A DNA stretch of 29,144 bases from a virus (Duplodnaviria; Caudoviricetes), in IMG/VR virus record IMGVR_UViG_3300032290_000187, positions 1 to 29,144 of that record; one strand, given 5' to 3'. Position numbers and translations under genes: made by a program. The notes under the pieces are model-generated. The model made no database searches, was not told the DNA's origin, and was given only the letters and a program-made list of their open reading frames with translations. Every line of letters starts with the position of its first letter. Position 1 is the stretch's first letter. This document shows, in pieces, positions 8,179 through 17,107 of the stretch.

Positions 8179-8190
8179 TACTTATATTAG
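8160..8190 (+). promoter_or_regulatory. Possible host-sigma promoter for the SSB-like gene and sigma factor
   Basis: ATTG (8160-8163), a 19-nt spacer, then TATATTAG (8183-8190); each element is one mismatch from TTTG / TAnnTTTG. Confidence 0.4.
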
Positions 8191-8206
8191 TCGAAAATTA
8201 AAAAGA

Positions 8207-8482
8207 ATGAGCAAATTAAAAGGAGTGATTACACACATTGGAGAGGTAATCGAATTAGGAAACTACAAAAAACTATATGTTCATGTAGTAGAAAACCAGG
8301 GGGATTACCCTCAGTCATGTAACTTTGAAGTATTTGGAGAGCAAAAAGTAGATAACGTTCTTAAATACAATCAAGTAGGAGATGTTGTAGAAGTAGATTA
8401 CAATCTTAAAGCTCAAGAATCTAAACGAGAAGCTGGAGTTTACTTCAATACTATTCAATCGTGGAAGATTACCAAAGTGTAA
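8207..8482 (+). CDS. DUF3127-like OB-fold single-stranded DNA-binding protein
   Basis: YPQ...FE......GD.VEV.YNL........YFNTIQSWKI pattern typical of the Bacteroidota DUF3127 family. Confidence 0.75.
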   Translation: MSKLKGVITHIGEVIELGNYKKLYVHVVENQGDYPQSCNFEVFGEQKVDNVLKYNQVGDVVEVDYNLKAQESKREAGVYFNTIQSWKITKV

Positions 8483-9006
8483 TGAATAAGCAAATAGAAG
8501 AGATAGCTAAAAAGCATAAGGACTGGGTGAATATCGCTCGGTCCTTTGGTGCTAAAACAGAAGCAGAAGATATCGTACAAGAAATGTATCTTAGACTAGA
8601 TAAGTACATCAAACCTAACCAACAGATATCGACATCATTTGTATGGATAACACTACGTAATATTTACTTTGACTTCCTAAAGAAAGAACCACAGACCACA
8701 GAACTAAACATCAATGAATCCGACGAAGTAACAGACATCATAAGCGTATCAGCATACGAGAACTTAACAGGATTAATCAACAAAGAGATAGAGAACTTAC
8801 ATTGGTTTGATAAGATGCTATTCCTACTATATGTTACAAGTGGTAAGTCAATGAGACAACTAGCAAAAGAAACTAAACTATCCCTTAGCTGTATATTCTA
8901 TACCATCAATAGAACAAAAACACATCTAAGGAGTTTAATTAACGAAGATTACGAAGATTACTTAAACGAAGATTACGAATGGCTAAAAGAAGAGCAACAG
9001 GCTTAG
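8482..9006 (+). CDS. Phage-encoded ECF-type sigma-70 factor
   Basis: Region 2 AEDIVQEMYL...LRNIYFD and region 4 HTH SMRQLAKETKLSLSCIFYTI. The start is ATG 8482 via a TAATG overlap. Confidence 0.85.
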   Translation: MNKQIEEIAKKHKDWVNIARSFGAKTEAEDIVQEMYLRLDKYIKPNQQISTSFVWITLRNIYFDFLKKEPQTTELNINESDEVTDIISVSAYENLTGLINKEIENLHWFDKMLFLLYVTSGKSMRQLAKETKLSLSCIFYTINRTKTHLRSLINEDYEDYLNEDYEWLKEEQQA

Positions 9007-9344
9007 GAGATACAATAGAGAACGTACTACAAGCAACAGGAATAGATAAGGTAGCAAAGTTTATATTAGGAGAGGATTGCAAATGTGATGAACGTAAAGC
9101 AAAACTTAACGAACTTTGGTCCTATAAAAAGAAACCACTATGCCTTAATGAAGATGAATACCTTTGGCTTAGTGAAGGAGGATTAAAGAAAGCTGAGGTA
9201 TCTCTAGTAGATTCAATGTTGATGCAAAGAACTCATAACAGAGTATTCCAAACAGGTAAACTAGAATATACTTCTTGTGCATCTTGTTTGAGAGACCAAT
9301 ATAACGACTTAAAGAAAGTTTTAGAAGCTTATGATACAAAATGA
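8979..9344 (+). CDS. Cys-rich hypothetical protein (possible Zn-binding)
   Basis: GLGDTIE..., DCKCDERK and SCASC motifs. Confidence 0.7.
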   Translation: MAKRRATGLGDTIENVLQATGIDKVAKFILGEDCKCDERKAKLNELWSYKKKPLCLNEDEYLWLSEGGLKKAEVSLVDSMLMQRTHNRVFQTGKLEYTSCASCLRDQYNDLKKVLEAYDTK

Positions 9345-9358
9345 TATAATCCAAGTTA
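9336..9358 (+). promoter_or_regulatory. Late-promoter motif copy 1 (before terminase small subunit)
   Basis: ACAAA 9336-9340, N13, AGTTA 9354-9358. Confidence 0.7.
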
Positions 9359-9419
9359 TATATTCAGGTAAGTACTTTTTTGTTATTTGCCTTAATTAAA
9401 TAATTAATTTTTATTAATT

Positions 9420-9713
9420 GTGGATAAGAGAAAGAATAACGGAGGACATTCTACTGCTGGTAAAGCTGGTCGTAAAAGTCTATCCGATGAAATAAAAGGT
9501 TTCAATTTAGCTGCACCACATGTTGAAGATGCTTTCAGAGTGATAGCTGAAATAATGATTGATGAGACAAAGAGACCATCAGATAGAATTGCAAGTGCTA
9601 AGATTATAATCGAGTATGGTTGTGGTAAACCTAAGGAGAAAGTAGAATCTGACATCACAATCAATACTACAACATTAAAAGACCTTATTAATTTTGGTGA
9701 CACTAAATCCTAA
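9420..9713 (+). CDS. Terminase small subunit (putative)
   Basis: Lies immediately upstream of and overlaps the large subunit; NNGG...AGRK N-terminus and GKPKE C-terminal motif. Confidence 0.65.
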   Translation: MDKRKNNGGHSTAGKAGRKSLSDEIKGFNLAAPHVEDAFRVIAEIMIDETKRPSDRIASAKIIIEYGCGKPKEKVESDITINTTTLKDLINFGDTKS

Positions 9714-10899
9714 ATACAAACCATTTGGAAGTGATAGCAGATATTTTATTGTTACTGGTGGGCGTGGTAGTGGTAAGTCATATAGTATTAATTTGCTACT
9801 TCTACTACTTACTTATGAGAGTGGGCATACTATTCTATTCACGAGATATACACTTACTTCTGCTCACGTTTCTATTATTCCTGAGTTTATTGATAAGGTT
9901 GATGTATTAGGAAAACACTCAGACTTTCATATAACAAAGGATGAGATAGTAAATCTAAGAACAGGAAGTAAGATATTATTCAAAGGGATAAAGACATCTA
10001 GTGGAACTCAAACAGCGAACCTTAAGTCATTAGCTGGTGTCACAACATGGGTATTAGATGAGGCAGAGGAGTTGACAGATGAGGATGTGTTTGATAAGAT
10101 AGACTATTCGATACGTTCTAAAGACAAACAGAATAGAGTAATATTAATACTCAATCCAGCTACAAAAGAGCATTTCATCTATCAAAAATTCTTTGAAGCG
10201 AAAGGAGTTGAAGCTGGTAGTAATACAATCAAAGGCGATACAACATATATTCACACGACATACTTAGACAATTATAACAATTTATCAGAAAGTTTCTTAA
10301 ATCAAATAGAAACAATAAAAGAACGCAGACCTGATAAGTATAAACATACTATATTAGGTGGATGGTTAGAGAAAGCTGAAGGGGTTATCTTCACGAATTG
10401 GAGGATAGGAGAGTTCAATAAAGATAATGGAAGTGTATTCGGTCAAGATTATGGTTTTAGTAATGACCCTAGTACATTGATTGAAACTTCAATTGACAAA
10501 GCTAACAAACGAATATATGTTAGGCAGCACGTTCATAAGCAAGGATTAACAACAAGTGAGCTAGCACAACTAAATCAACAATTTGCGGGACGTGATTTGA
10601 TAGTAGGTGATAACTCAGAGCCTAGATTGATTGCAGAACTTAAAGCAAGAGGACTAAATATAGTGCCGACAATTAAAGGTGCAGATTCAGTTAAATATGG
10701 GATAAGTTTAATTCAAGATTATGATTTGATTATTGATGAAAATTCCGTAGATTTGATAAAAGAATTGAACAACTATTGCTGGTTAGAAAAGAAGTCAGAA
10801 ACACCTATAGATAAATTCAATCACTGCTTAGATGCGATGAGATATGCTATATCTTACCAACTAGCAAACCCAAACAAAGGAAATTATAGTGTATATTAA
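9694..10899 (+). CDS. terL: Terminase large subunit, PBSX/SPP1-like family
   Basis: Walker A GGRGSGKS, Walker B VLDEAEE, LILNP, and nuclease motifs GQDYG...DP and NHCLDAMRY. Confidence 0.95.
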   Translation: MVTLNPKYKPFGSDSRYFIVTGGRGSGKSYSINLLLLLLTYESGHTILFTRYTLTSAHVSIIPEFIDKVDVLGKHSDFHITKDEIVNLRTGSKILFKGIKTSSGTQTANLKSLAGVTTWVLDEAEELTDEDVFDKIDYSIRSKDKQNRVILILNPATKEHFIYQKFFEAKGVEAGSNTIKGDTTYIHTTYLDNYNNLSESFLNQIETIKERRPDKYKHTILGGWLEKAEGVIFTNWRIGEFNKDNGSVFGQDYGFSNDPSTLIETSIDKANKRIYVRQHVHKQGLTTSELAQLNQQFAGRDLIVGDNSEPRLIAELKARGLNIVPTIKGADSVKYGISLIQDYDLIIDENSVDLIKELNNYCWLEKKSETPIDKFNHCLDAMRYAISYQLANPNKGNYSVY

Positions 10900-10910
10900 A
10901 ATAACAAATT

Positions 10911-11117
10911 ATGAAAACAGAAGTTAAAGAAGTAACGTTTCAAGTACCGAACAAGAAGGACATTATTAGAGAAGTGACCTTGGATTTGATTGAGAAGTTT
11001 AAAGCTGAACACGGATTGAATTGGAAGTTAGAGATGTATGAAGCAATCGACAATGAAATAATGAAGTTTCAAGGGAGTTTAGAGTATTGGAAAGCTATTA
11101 GAAAGAGTATTAAATGA
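10911..11117 (+). CDS. Hypothetical protein
   Basis: ORF with an A-rich start, coupled to the next gene. Confidence 0.65.
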   Translation: MKTEVKEVTFQVPNKKDIIREVTLDLIEKFKAEHGLNWKLEMYEAIDNEIMKFQGSLEYWKAIRKSIK

Positions 11118-11302
11118 AAAAAGTAAAAATAACATTTGAAGAATATGAAAGCTATTGCGGTGATGGTTGTTGTTTTGATTATGGTACAATAACAAAAGTA
11201 AACGGTGAAGCATTAGATTTTCACAATCAAGATACTGAAACAATTGTTAAGGGTATTCTTGAAAAGTTAGGTTTTGATGTAGAAATAGAAAGTATTAAAT
11301 GA
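11114..11302 (+). CDS. Hypothetical protein with CGDGCC motif
   Basis: ATGA-coupled ORF. Confidence 0.65.
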   Translation: MKKVKITFEEYESYCGDGCCFDYGTITKVNGEALDFHNQDTETIVKGILEKLGFDVEIESIK

Positions 11303-11499
11303 TGGAAATTAAAGATTTTAAAGATAGAAACTGCGTAGAATATTTAGACCAAATAGATATACACAGAGGTATTAGTGCTTGCATTGACCATAACAATATG
11401 TTTATTATAAATATAGATGATGGTGGACCACAAGGAGCTCAAATAGAATTAGACAAAGAAGCAATAAAAGATTTAGTTAATTTTTTAATAGGCGAATGA
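11299..11499 (+). CDS. Hypothetical acidic protein
   Basis: ATGA-coupled ORF. Confidence 0.6.
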   Translation: MMEIKDFKDRNCVEYLDQIDIHRGISACIDHNNMFIINIDDGGPQGAQIELDKEAIKDLVNFLIGE

Positions 11500-12185
11500 A
11501 GTTAGAATTAGTAATACCTACGTCTTTAAGTGAGATACCTTTGATGCACTATCAGAAATACATGATGGTTGCTAGTCATAAGGATAACTCGGAAGTATTT
11601 ATATCACAGAAAATGATAGAGATATTTTGTGGTATTGAATTAAAGAAAGTAGTGAATATTAAACTTAGTGATGTGATTGACTTAGTTAGTCACTTTACTA
11701 AGATGTTCTCTGAAAAGCAAGAAATAAAAAAGACATTCGAGATACAAGGTGTTAAGTTTGGATTCATTAATAATTTAGAGGATATTTCATTTGGTGAGTA
11801 TATAGATTTGGAGTCTAATATTATCGATGTACAGAACTTCCATAAAGCTATGGCTGTAATGTATAGACCTATCAAAACACAGAAAGGGGATAAGTATACA
11901 ATAGAGGACTATAAAGCGGATAACAACTACGCTGAGTTAATGAAGTACGCACCTTTAGATGTGGTCCTTCCAGCGTCTGTTTTTTTTTGGACTTTAGGAA
12001 ACGAACTGTTGACGGCTACCCTGAGTTATTTGGAGAACAAGATGACCAAGAAGAGCAAAACGATTTTAGCGAAACAACTCAATTTGGACAAAGATGGGGA
12101 TGGTATCAATCAATATATCAACTCGCTAAGGGAGATATTACAAAGTTTGACAGAGTTACAGAAACGGGACTTTTTGAGTGCTTAA
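11496..12185 (+). CDS. Putative tail assembly chaperone (0-frame product)
   Basis: First gene of the tail block; contains a T9 slippery tract at 11980-11988 where a -1-frame ORF begins. Confidence 0.55.
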   Translation: MKLELVIPTSLSEIPLMHYQKYMMVASHKDNSEVFISQKMIEIFCGIELKKVVNIKLSDVIDLVSHFTKMFSEKQEIKKTFEIQGVKFGFINNLEDISFGEYIDLESNIIDVQNFHKAMAVMYRPIKTQKGDKYTIEDYKADNNYAELMKYAPLDVVLPASVFFWTLGNELLTATLSYLENKMTKKSKTILAKQLNLDKDGDGINQYINSLREILQSLTELQKRDFLSA

Positions 12186-12262
12186 CAATGTTAACGTTTG
12201 AAAAGCAAAAGTCAGAAATAGAAATACGAAACTTAAAAAGACAACATGAAAAACTACTATGA
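11987..12262 (+). CDS. -1-frame extension of the chaperone (frameshift product C-terminus)
   Basis: The only start near its 5' end is a TTG inside the T-run. The sequence is protein-like (YPELF...RWGWYQSIYQLAKGDI) and its end overlaps the next gene start. Confidence 0.65.
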   Translation: MDFRKRTVDGYPELFGEQDDQEEQNDFSETTQFGQRWGWYQSIYQLAKGDITKFDRVTETGLFECLTMLTFEKQKSEIEIRNLKRQHEKLL

Positions 12263-12704
12263 TTTTATTGACGCATTACACGATTCATTAATCGGTGATG
12301 CACTTATTAACCAAGTTACAAAAGGTAGTTTAGATAAGATTACAAATGCTAAAAAGGATATGTATCCATTAGCGCACGTTATGATAGATAATGGAGTGTT
12401 TGAAAGCAATACAGTTAAGTTTAGTGTGACTCTTATTGTCATGGATATAGTTGACTATACAAAAGAAGACTTAACAGATTTGTATTACGGCAATAATAAC
12501 GAAGACGACATACATAATCAAACCTTAATGATTTGTCAACGTGCATTTGAGGGGATGAGAAGAGGTGCAATGAATGATTTATTATTCTCTATTGAATCAG
12601 ATTCAGCATCCTTTGAGTTCTTTGTTGATAGATTTACAGACGATGTTGCTGGATGTACCATGACTTTTGATGTTGTTATGCCAAATGAAATGACTATATG
12701 TTAA
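12246..12704 (+). CDS. Putative tail terminator/completion protein
   Basis: About 150 aa, acidic, YPLAHV motif and beta-rich C-terminus; located in the tail block. Confidence 0.5.
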   Translation: MKNYYDFIDALHDSLIGDALINQVTKGSLDKITNAKKDMYPLAHVMIDNGVFESNTVKFSVTLIVMDIVDYTKEDLTDLYYGNNNEDDIHNQTLMICQRAFEGMRRGAMNDLLFSIESDSASFEFFVDRFTDDVAGCTMTFDVVMPNEMTIC

Positions 12705-13249
12705 ACGTACAAGAAGAGTTAGATAAGTTTAAGAAATACGTAATACAACAATCTAAATCAAACCTATCTAAGCTAAAGAAAAACGATAGAAAAGGATTGT
12801 ATAATACGATTAAAGGTGAAGCTAAAGCAATGCCTAACTCTTTCTATCTTGCATTTGATTTGGGAAAATATGGAGCGTATGTAGATAAAGGTGTTAAAGG
12901 TGCAGACCCATCACAGGTTTCACCGAATGCTAAGATTAAAGGACAGCAAGCTCCCAACAGCCCATATAAATTTAAGGACAAGAAACCACCATCAGACCTA
13001 ATTGCAAAATGGGCGAAAAGAAAGAATCTAAGGTTAAGAAATAAGAAAGGGCAGTTTGTTAAAGGAAGTTACAAAGCGATAGGATTTATCACAGCTAAAA
13101 ACATTTGGGCGCGTGGTATTAAGCCTTCATTATTCTTTACAAAGCCATTCGAGAAAGCGTATAAGAATTTACCTGGTGAGCTAGTTGAAAAATACGGATT
13201 AGATGCTTTGGAGTTATTTAAGTATACGATTCAACAACCTAAAAAATAA
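12698..13249 (+). CDS. Putative neck/tail-completion protein (HK97 gp10-like)
   Basis: Basic protein with YGAYVDKG and GIKPSLFFTKPFE motifs. Confidence 0.5.
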   Translation: MLNVQEELDKFKKYVIQQSKSNLSKLKKNDRKGLYNTIKGEAKAMPNSFYLAFDLGKYGAYVDKGVKGADPSQVSPNAKIKGQQAPNSPYKFKDKKPPSDLIAKWAKRKNLRLRNKKGQFVKGSYKAIGFITAKNIWARGIKPSLFFTKPFEKAYKNLPGELVEKYGLDALELFKYTIQQPKK

Positions 13250-14577
13250 TGGCTAATATATTTGCAAGAAGTCCTTACGTAATATCTATTAATGTAACAG
13301 GACAAATTGGTAGTAAGATAGAGGTATTTCTTTGGAATGGTACAGGTTCAGCTCCTACCACTCCACAATATACATTGAGTAAATTAATACCCTCATCTAC
13401 AAACACATTAACTGAGTACGATATTTCTCCATACATTAGAGAGTATCTATCTCATACAGCACCACAAGAGCCAGCAGTACCTACGAGTTCATTTACTGCT
13501 TTAGCTACAACTCAATGGTGCAATGTAAAGGTGGTTAAATATAAACTAGTAGGTTCTACATATAGTTTAATAAGTGCTTTCTCAATAGTACATACACTTG
13601 AAGCTTATGCGTTCGATGGATATACTTATTACGAGAGTGGAAGCAACTATGATTTAGGTAACTATTTACTAGAGCAAAAGAAACATTATTATAATGAAGA
13701 TGCTACATATGCTGGTGAGGTTGCCGCGTTTTTAAGTTTTAACCAAAGAGTTAGATATGTAGGAAAAGGAACCATGACTATTACAGGAGTTACTGTGAAT
13801 GTAACTAGTGGGAATGTAGTTAGTATTTCAAAATCGGGACGATATATATTATTACCTGGTGAATATTTATCTTTTGAATATGACGATGGAATGAACCCTA
13901 ACACTATATGGACAGGAACTGTATTGACTTGTGTTTATAGTGCTGGTACAGGTATCACAACTATAACTCCAAACTTTACAATTGATAATCCAGCGAACTT
14001 TGTAACAGGAACACCAACAAACACGGGTAAAGAATTCACAACTTTAGAATCAGAGTTTTACTCAGTAGCAGACACTAAATGGACTACTATACCGAGAGTA
14101 TCAGGAGACTTAACAAAGCTACAAATTCTTTCTTCTGTATATGTATTACTAGCGTCGTGGGAGTTTATTCCTGTGTGTGAATCCAAGTATACACCTGTAG
14201 AGATAGACTTCATCAATCAGTACGGAGCATGGCAAAAAGAATTCTTTTTTAAGTCTTCTAAAAGTACTTTAGCTATTGAATCAAATGACTATAACGTAAT
14301 GCAGAGTTCAGTATCTAGTTACGATACTATGCAAGGGCAAAAGAAGTCATTCAATACTAATGCTAGAGAAACAATTACAGTAAATAGTGGGTATGTTAAC
14401 GAAGATTTTAGTAGCAACATAAAACAACTTCTAATGAGCGAACGTATATTGGTTGATAATAAGCCAGCAATATGCAAAACAAAGTCCTTAGAGTTGATGA
14501 AAAACATAAATAATCACATGATTAATTATAGTTTAGAGTTTGAGTTGGCATATAACACAATAAATTCAGTAATATAA
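13249..14577 (+). CDS. Virion structural protein (tail tip/baseplate candidate)
   Basis: S/T-rich beta protein with FINQYGAW and LLMSE motifs; sits upstream of a large tail protein. Confidence 0.55.
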   Translation: MANIFARSPYVISINVTGQIGSKIEVFLWNGTGSAPTTPQYTLSKLIPSSTNTLTEYDISPYIREYLSHTAPQEPAVPTSSFTALATTQWCNVKVVKYKLVGSTYSLISAFSIVHTLEAYAFDGYTYYESGSNYDLGNYLLEQKKHYYNEDATYAGEVAAFLSFNQRVRYVGKGTMTITGVTVNVTSGNVVSISKSGRYILLPGEYLSFEYDDGMNPNTIWTGTVLTCVYSAGTGITTITPNFTIDNPANFVTGTPTNTGKEFTTLESEFYSVADTKWTTIPRVSGDLTKLQILSSVYVLLASWEFIPVCESKYTPVEIDFINQYGAWQKEFFFKSSKSTLAIESNDYNVMQSSVSSYDTMQGQKKSFNTNARETITVNSGYVNEDFSSNIKQLLMSERILVDNKPAICKTKSLELMKNINNHMINYSLEFELAYNTINSVI

Positions 14578-16934
14578 TGAAGAGAGTAGTAGATATATAT
14601 GTTGAAGGGATAAGTGGGAGTGGTGACTATTCTAAATTAGAATTGTTTAACGATGAGAAAATTGATATAAACTTAAGCGTTCAAAATGTACAAGATATTT
14701 CTAAAGTATACACTGACTTTACACAATCGTTTACTATACCAGCAAGCGCACATAATAATTCAATACTTGAGCATTTTTATCAATCGGATGTAGATGCCGT
14801 AAATAATCCAAGTAAAAGAAGATTGGCTTATATTGAGATAGGAATGACACCATTTAGAAGTGGTAAACTCCAACTAGAAAAAGCTAATATTAAGAATGGT
14901 GTAACAGATAGTTATACAGTTACTTTCTATGGTGACTTAGTAAGTATTAAAGATAAGTTTGCAAACGACAAGCTAACAGATTTAAATCTATATGCTTTTA
15001 CAACTAACTACACGGGCGCTAATGTAGAGAGTTTAATTACTTCAACTGACTACACAAAAAATGTTAGATTTCCTTTAATTACTTCTAATAGAGTATGGAC
15101 TTATGGGGATAGCTTAAGTACTGACATAAGTACTTCTTCAGGCGCTATAAATTTCAATGAGTTATTCCCAGCATTAAAAGTCGCTAGGATTATTGAAGCA
15201 ATAGAGACTAAGTACGGATTAACTTTCGAAGGTACTTTTTTTGACCCAGCAAACAAACCCTTTGATAGACTATTCTTATGGCTTAAAAACTCTGAGGCTT
15301 TTATTAAATTAACCAACGCAAGAGATGTTAATTTTAACGCTTTAAAAATAAACGGAACTCCAGCAGCTTTATCTAGTACAAACGGAGTGACGGGGGGTAC
15401 TCTTAATGAGATAAAAGTTTATAATTACCCAAGTCCTAATGAGCATTCGATTGAAATTTATTTAACTACAGGTATTCCTTGTACTGTGTATGTAGATTGT
15501 TACGAAAGCAAAAATTATGTTAAAACAGTTGAGTTTGAAAGCGGAACAGGATGGCAAGTATTATATAAAAGTCCAGCGGATGCAGCTACAGAACAATATT
15601 GGTCATTCAAAGTAAAGACTTCAACTCCTACATCAATTAACTACGAGACAATATCAGCAAAAATAGTCGGTGGTATTAGTGGAGGATACGTTACAAAGGA
15701 TATAGATTGTTCTGTTGCAGATACAACCAGCAATTTAAATGTAGAAGATAGTGTGCCTGACATTAGTGTTGCTGATTTCTTTAGTGGTATATTAAAGATG
15801 TTTAATTTGACTTGTTATGCTACAGGTACAAATACATTTTTAGTAGAGACTTTGGATACGTGGTACGCGAAAGGATATATTTACGACATTACTAATTATA
15901 CAGATATAGACTCAATTGATGTTGAAAGAGTACCGCTTTACAAAAATATTTCTTTTGAACATGAGAAAAGTGAATCATTTGTGAATAAAGAATTCATAGC
16001 AAATAATAAAGGGTTTAGAGAGTATGGCGACACTAAGCAAAATTTTCCTGATTATGAGAATGGAGACTTCACTGTAAAGGTTCCATTCGAGGAACTACTA
16101 CCTTTAAATTTAGATGGAAGTAAGTTTTGTACTTCTTATTGCTTAACTCCTAAACCTGATTATAAATCATACATACCTAAGCCCGTATTGTTATACATGG
16201 ACGATATTAAACCTTGTAGTTTTTATTTTAATAATGGTACATCAAAAGTAAATAAAACAACTTATGCTCCATTTTACAATGAGGTTACATTTAATGGTAC
16301 AAAATATTCATTGAGTTTTGGTGAAGAAGCTAGTGTTGTAGATAATTCAACTTTGTTTAATAGCATTTATAAAACATATTACGCTGGATATTTAAGTAAT
16401 TTATTCAATCCTAAGTGTAGATTAGTAAATGTTAAAGCGCATTTCCCTTTATCATTGATAACTAAATTACGTTTAAATGATAGACTTATAATAAGAGATA
16501 AGAGATATGTGATAAACGAGATTAAATCTGACATTACAAGTGGTGAAGTTAGTCTATCTTTAATCAATGACTTTAGAGCTATGACAAACAACGCTACCAC
16601 TCCTGTTGTTACTAGTTCATCGGGTACAATTTACACTCCTGTTGTTGTTCCTAAATGGGCAGACACTACTGAGGTTAGCTCTACATATTCAGGCGTTACA
16701 TTTGACAGCACGTCATTTACAGGTGATACATGGGTTGAGGTTATATATCCAGCGAATCCAACTCCTAAAACTCCAATTGTTACAGAATCAGGTACAGATA
16801 CATGGGCAACAGATTCAGGGTTTGGAATAATAAATGAGAATTATGCAGTACAGGAGATACCTATTACATTCGACTATATAGAAACTGCCACAGGGGCAAC
16901 AATTTCAGAAACAATAATTTTTTACCAAGAATGA
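14577..16934 (+). CDS. Large tail tip/hub structural protein
   Basis: 785 aa; N-terminal FTQSFTIPAS..NN..; located just before the tape measure gene. Confidence 0.6.
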   Translation: MKRVVDIYVEGISGSGDYSKLELFNDEKIDINLSVQNVQDISKVYTDFTQSFTIPASAHNNSILEHFYQSDVDAVNNPSKRRLAYIEIGMTPFRSGKLQLEKANIKNGVTDSYTVTFYGDLVSIKDKFANDKLTDLNLYAFTTNYTGANVESLITSTDYTKNVRFPLITSNRVWTYGDSLSTDISTSSGAINFNELFPALKVARIIEAIETKYGLTFEGTFFDPANKPFDRLFLWLKNSEAFIKLTNARDVNFNALKINGTPAALSSTNGVTGGTLNEIKVYNYPSPNEHSIEIYLTTGIPCTVYVDCYESKNYVKTVEFESGTGWQVLYKSPADAATEQYWSFKVKTSTPTSINYETISAKIVGGISGGYVTKDIDCSVADTTSNLNVEDSVPDISVADFFSGILKMFNLTCYATGTNTFLVETLDTWYAKGYIYDITNYTDIDSIDVERVPLYKNISFEHEKSESFVNKEFIANNKGFREYGDTKQNFPDYENGDFTVKVPFEELLPLNLDGSKFCTSYCLTPKPDYKSYIPKPVLLYMDDIKPCSFYFNNGTSKVNKTTYAPFYNEVTFNGTKYSLSFGEEASVVDNSTLFNSIYKTYYAGYLSNLFNPKCRLVNVKAHFPLSLITKLRLNDRLIIRDKRYVINEIKSDITSGEVSLSLINDFRAMTNNATTPVVTSSSGTIYTPVVVPKWADTTEVSSTYSGVTFDSTSFTGDTWVEVIYPANPTPKTPIVTESGTDTWATDSGFGIINENYAVQEIPITFDYIETATGATISETIIFYQE

Positions 16935-17107
16935 TAGAGCAAATAATAGCATTACTAAAAGTAGATAATTTCTACGGAGTGAGTGAGAATATAGATATAG
17001 CAAAGGGGAAATATTTGCTGTCAGATAGTTTTATTGCAAACTACAAACAAGGCAAACGAGAGTTATTATTGAAAGCAAAGCAACATGGCAGAAAAGAAAG
17101 TAATTGA
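16931..17107 (+). CDS. Small hypothetical protein, 58 aa (MIEQIIALLKVDNFYGVSENIDIAKGKY...)
   Basis: ATGA overlap with the upstream gene; fills the gap to the tape measure gene. Confidence 0.65.
   Translation: MIEQIIALLKVDNFYGVSENIDIAKGKYLLSDSFIANYKQGKRELLLKAKQHGRKESN
17043..17065 (+). promoter_or_regulatory. Late-promoter motif copy 2 (before tape measure)
   Basis: ACAAA 17043-17047, N13, AGTTA 17061-17065. Confidence 0.6.

Noticed and set aside
8941-8979. Direct repeat AACGAAGATTACGAA x2
   Set aside because: It is explained by the coding repeat NEDYEDYLNEDYE at the sigma C-terminus. There are no spacers, so it is not CRISPR-like.
9725-9910. Hydrophobic alternate-frame ORF inside terL (likewise 16606-16830)
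   Set aside because: Leu/Val richness is the expected frame-shift artefact of NNT-ending codons, and there is no initiation context.
11453-11479. Possible additional late promoter before the chaperone gene (ACAAA...AGTTA)
   Set aside because: The spacer is 17 nt rather than the invariant 13 nt.
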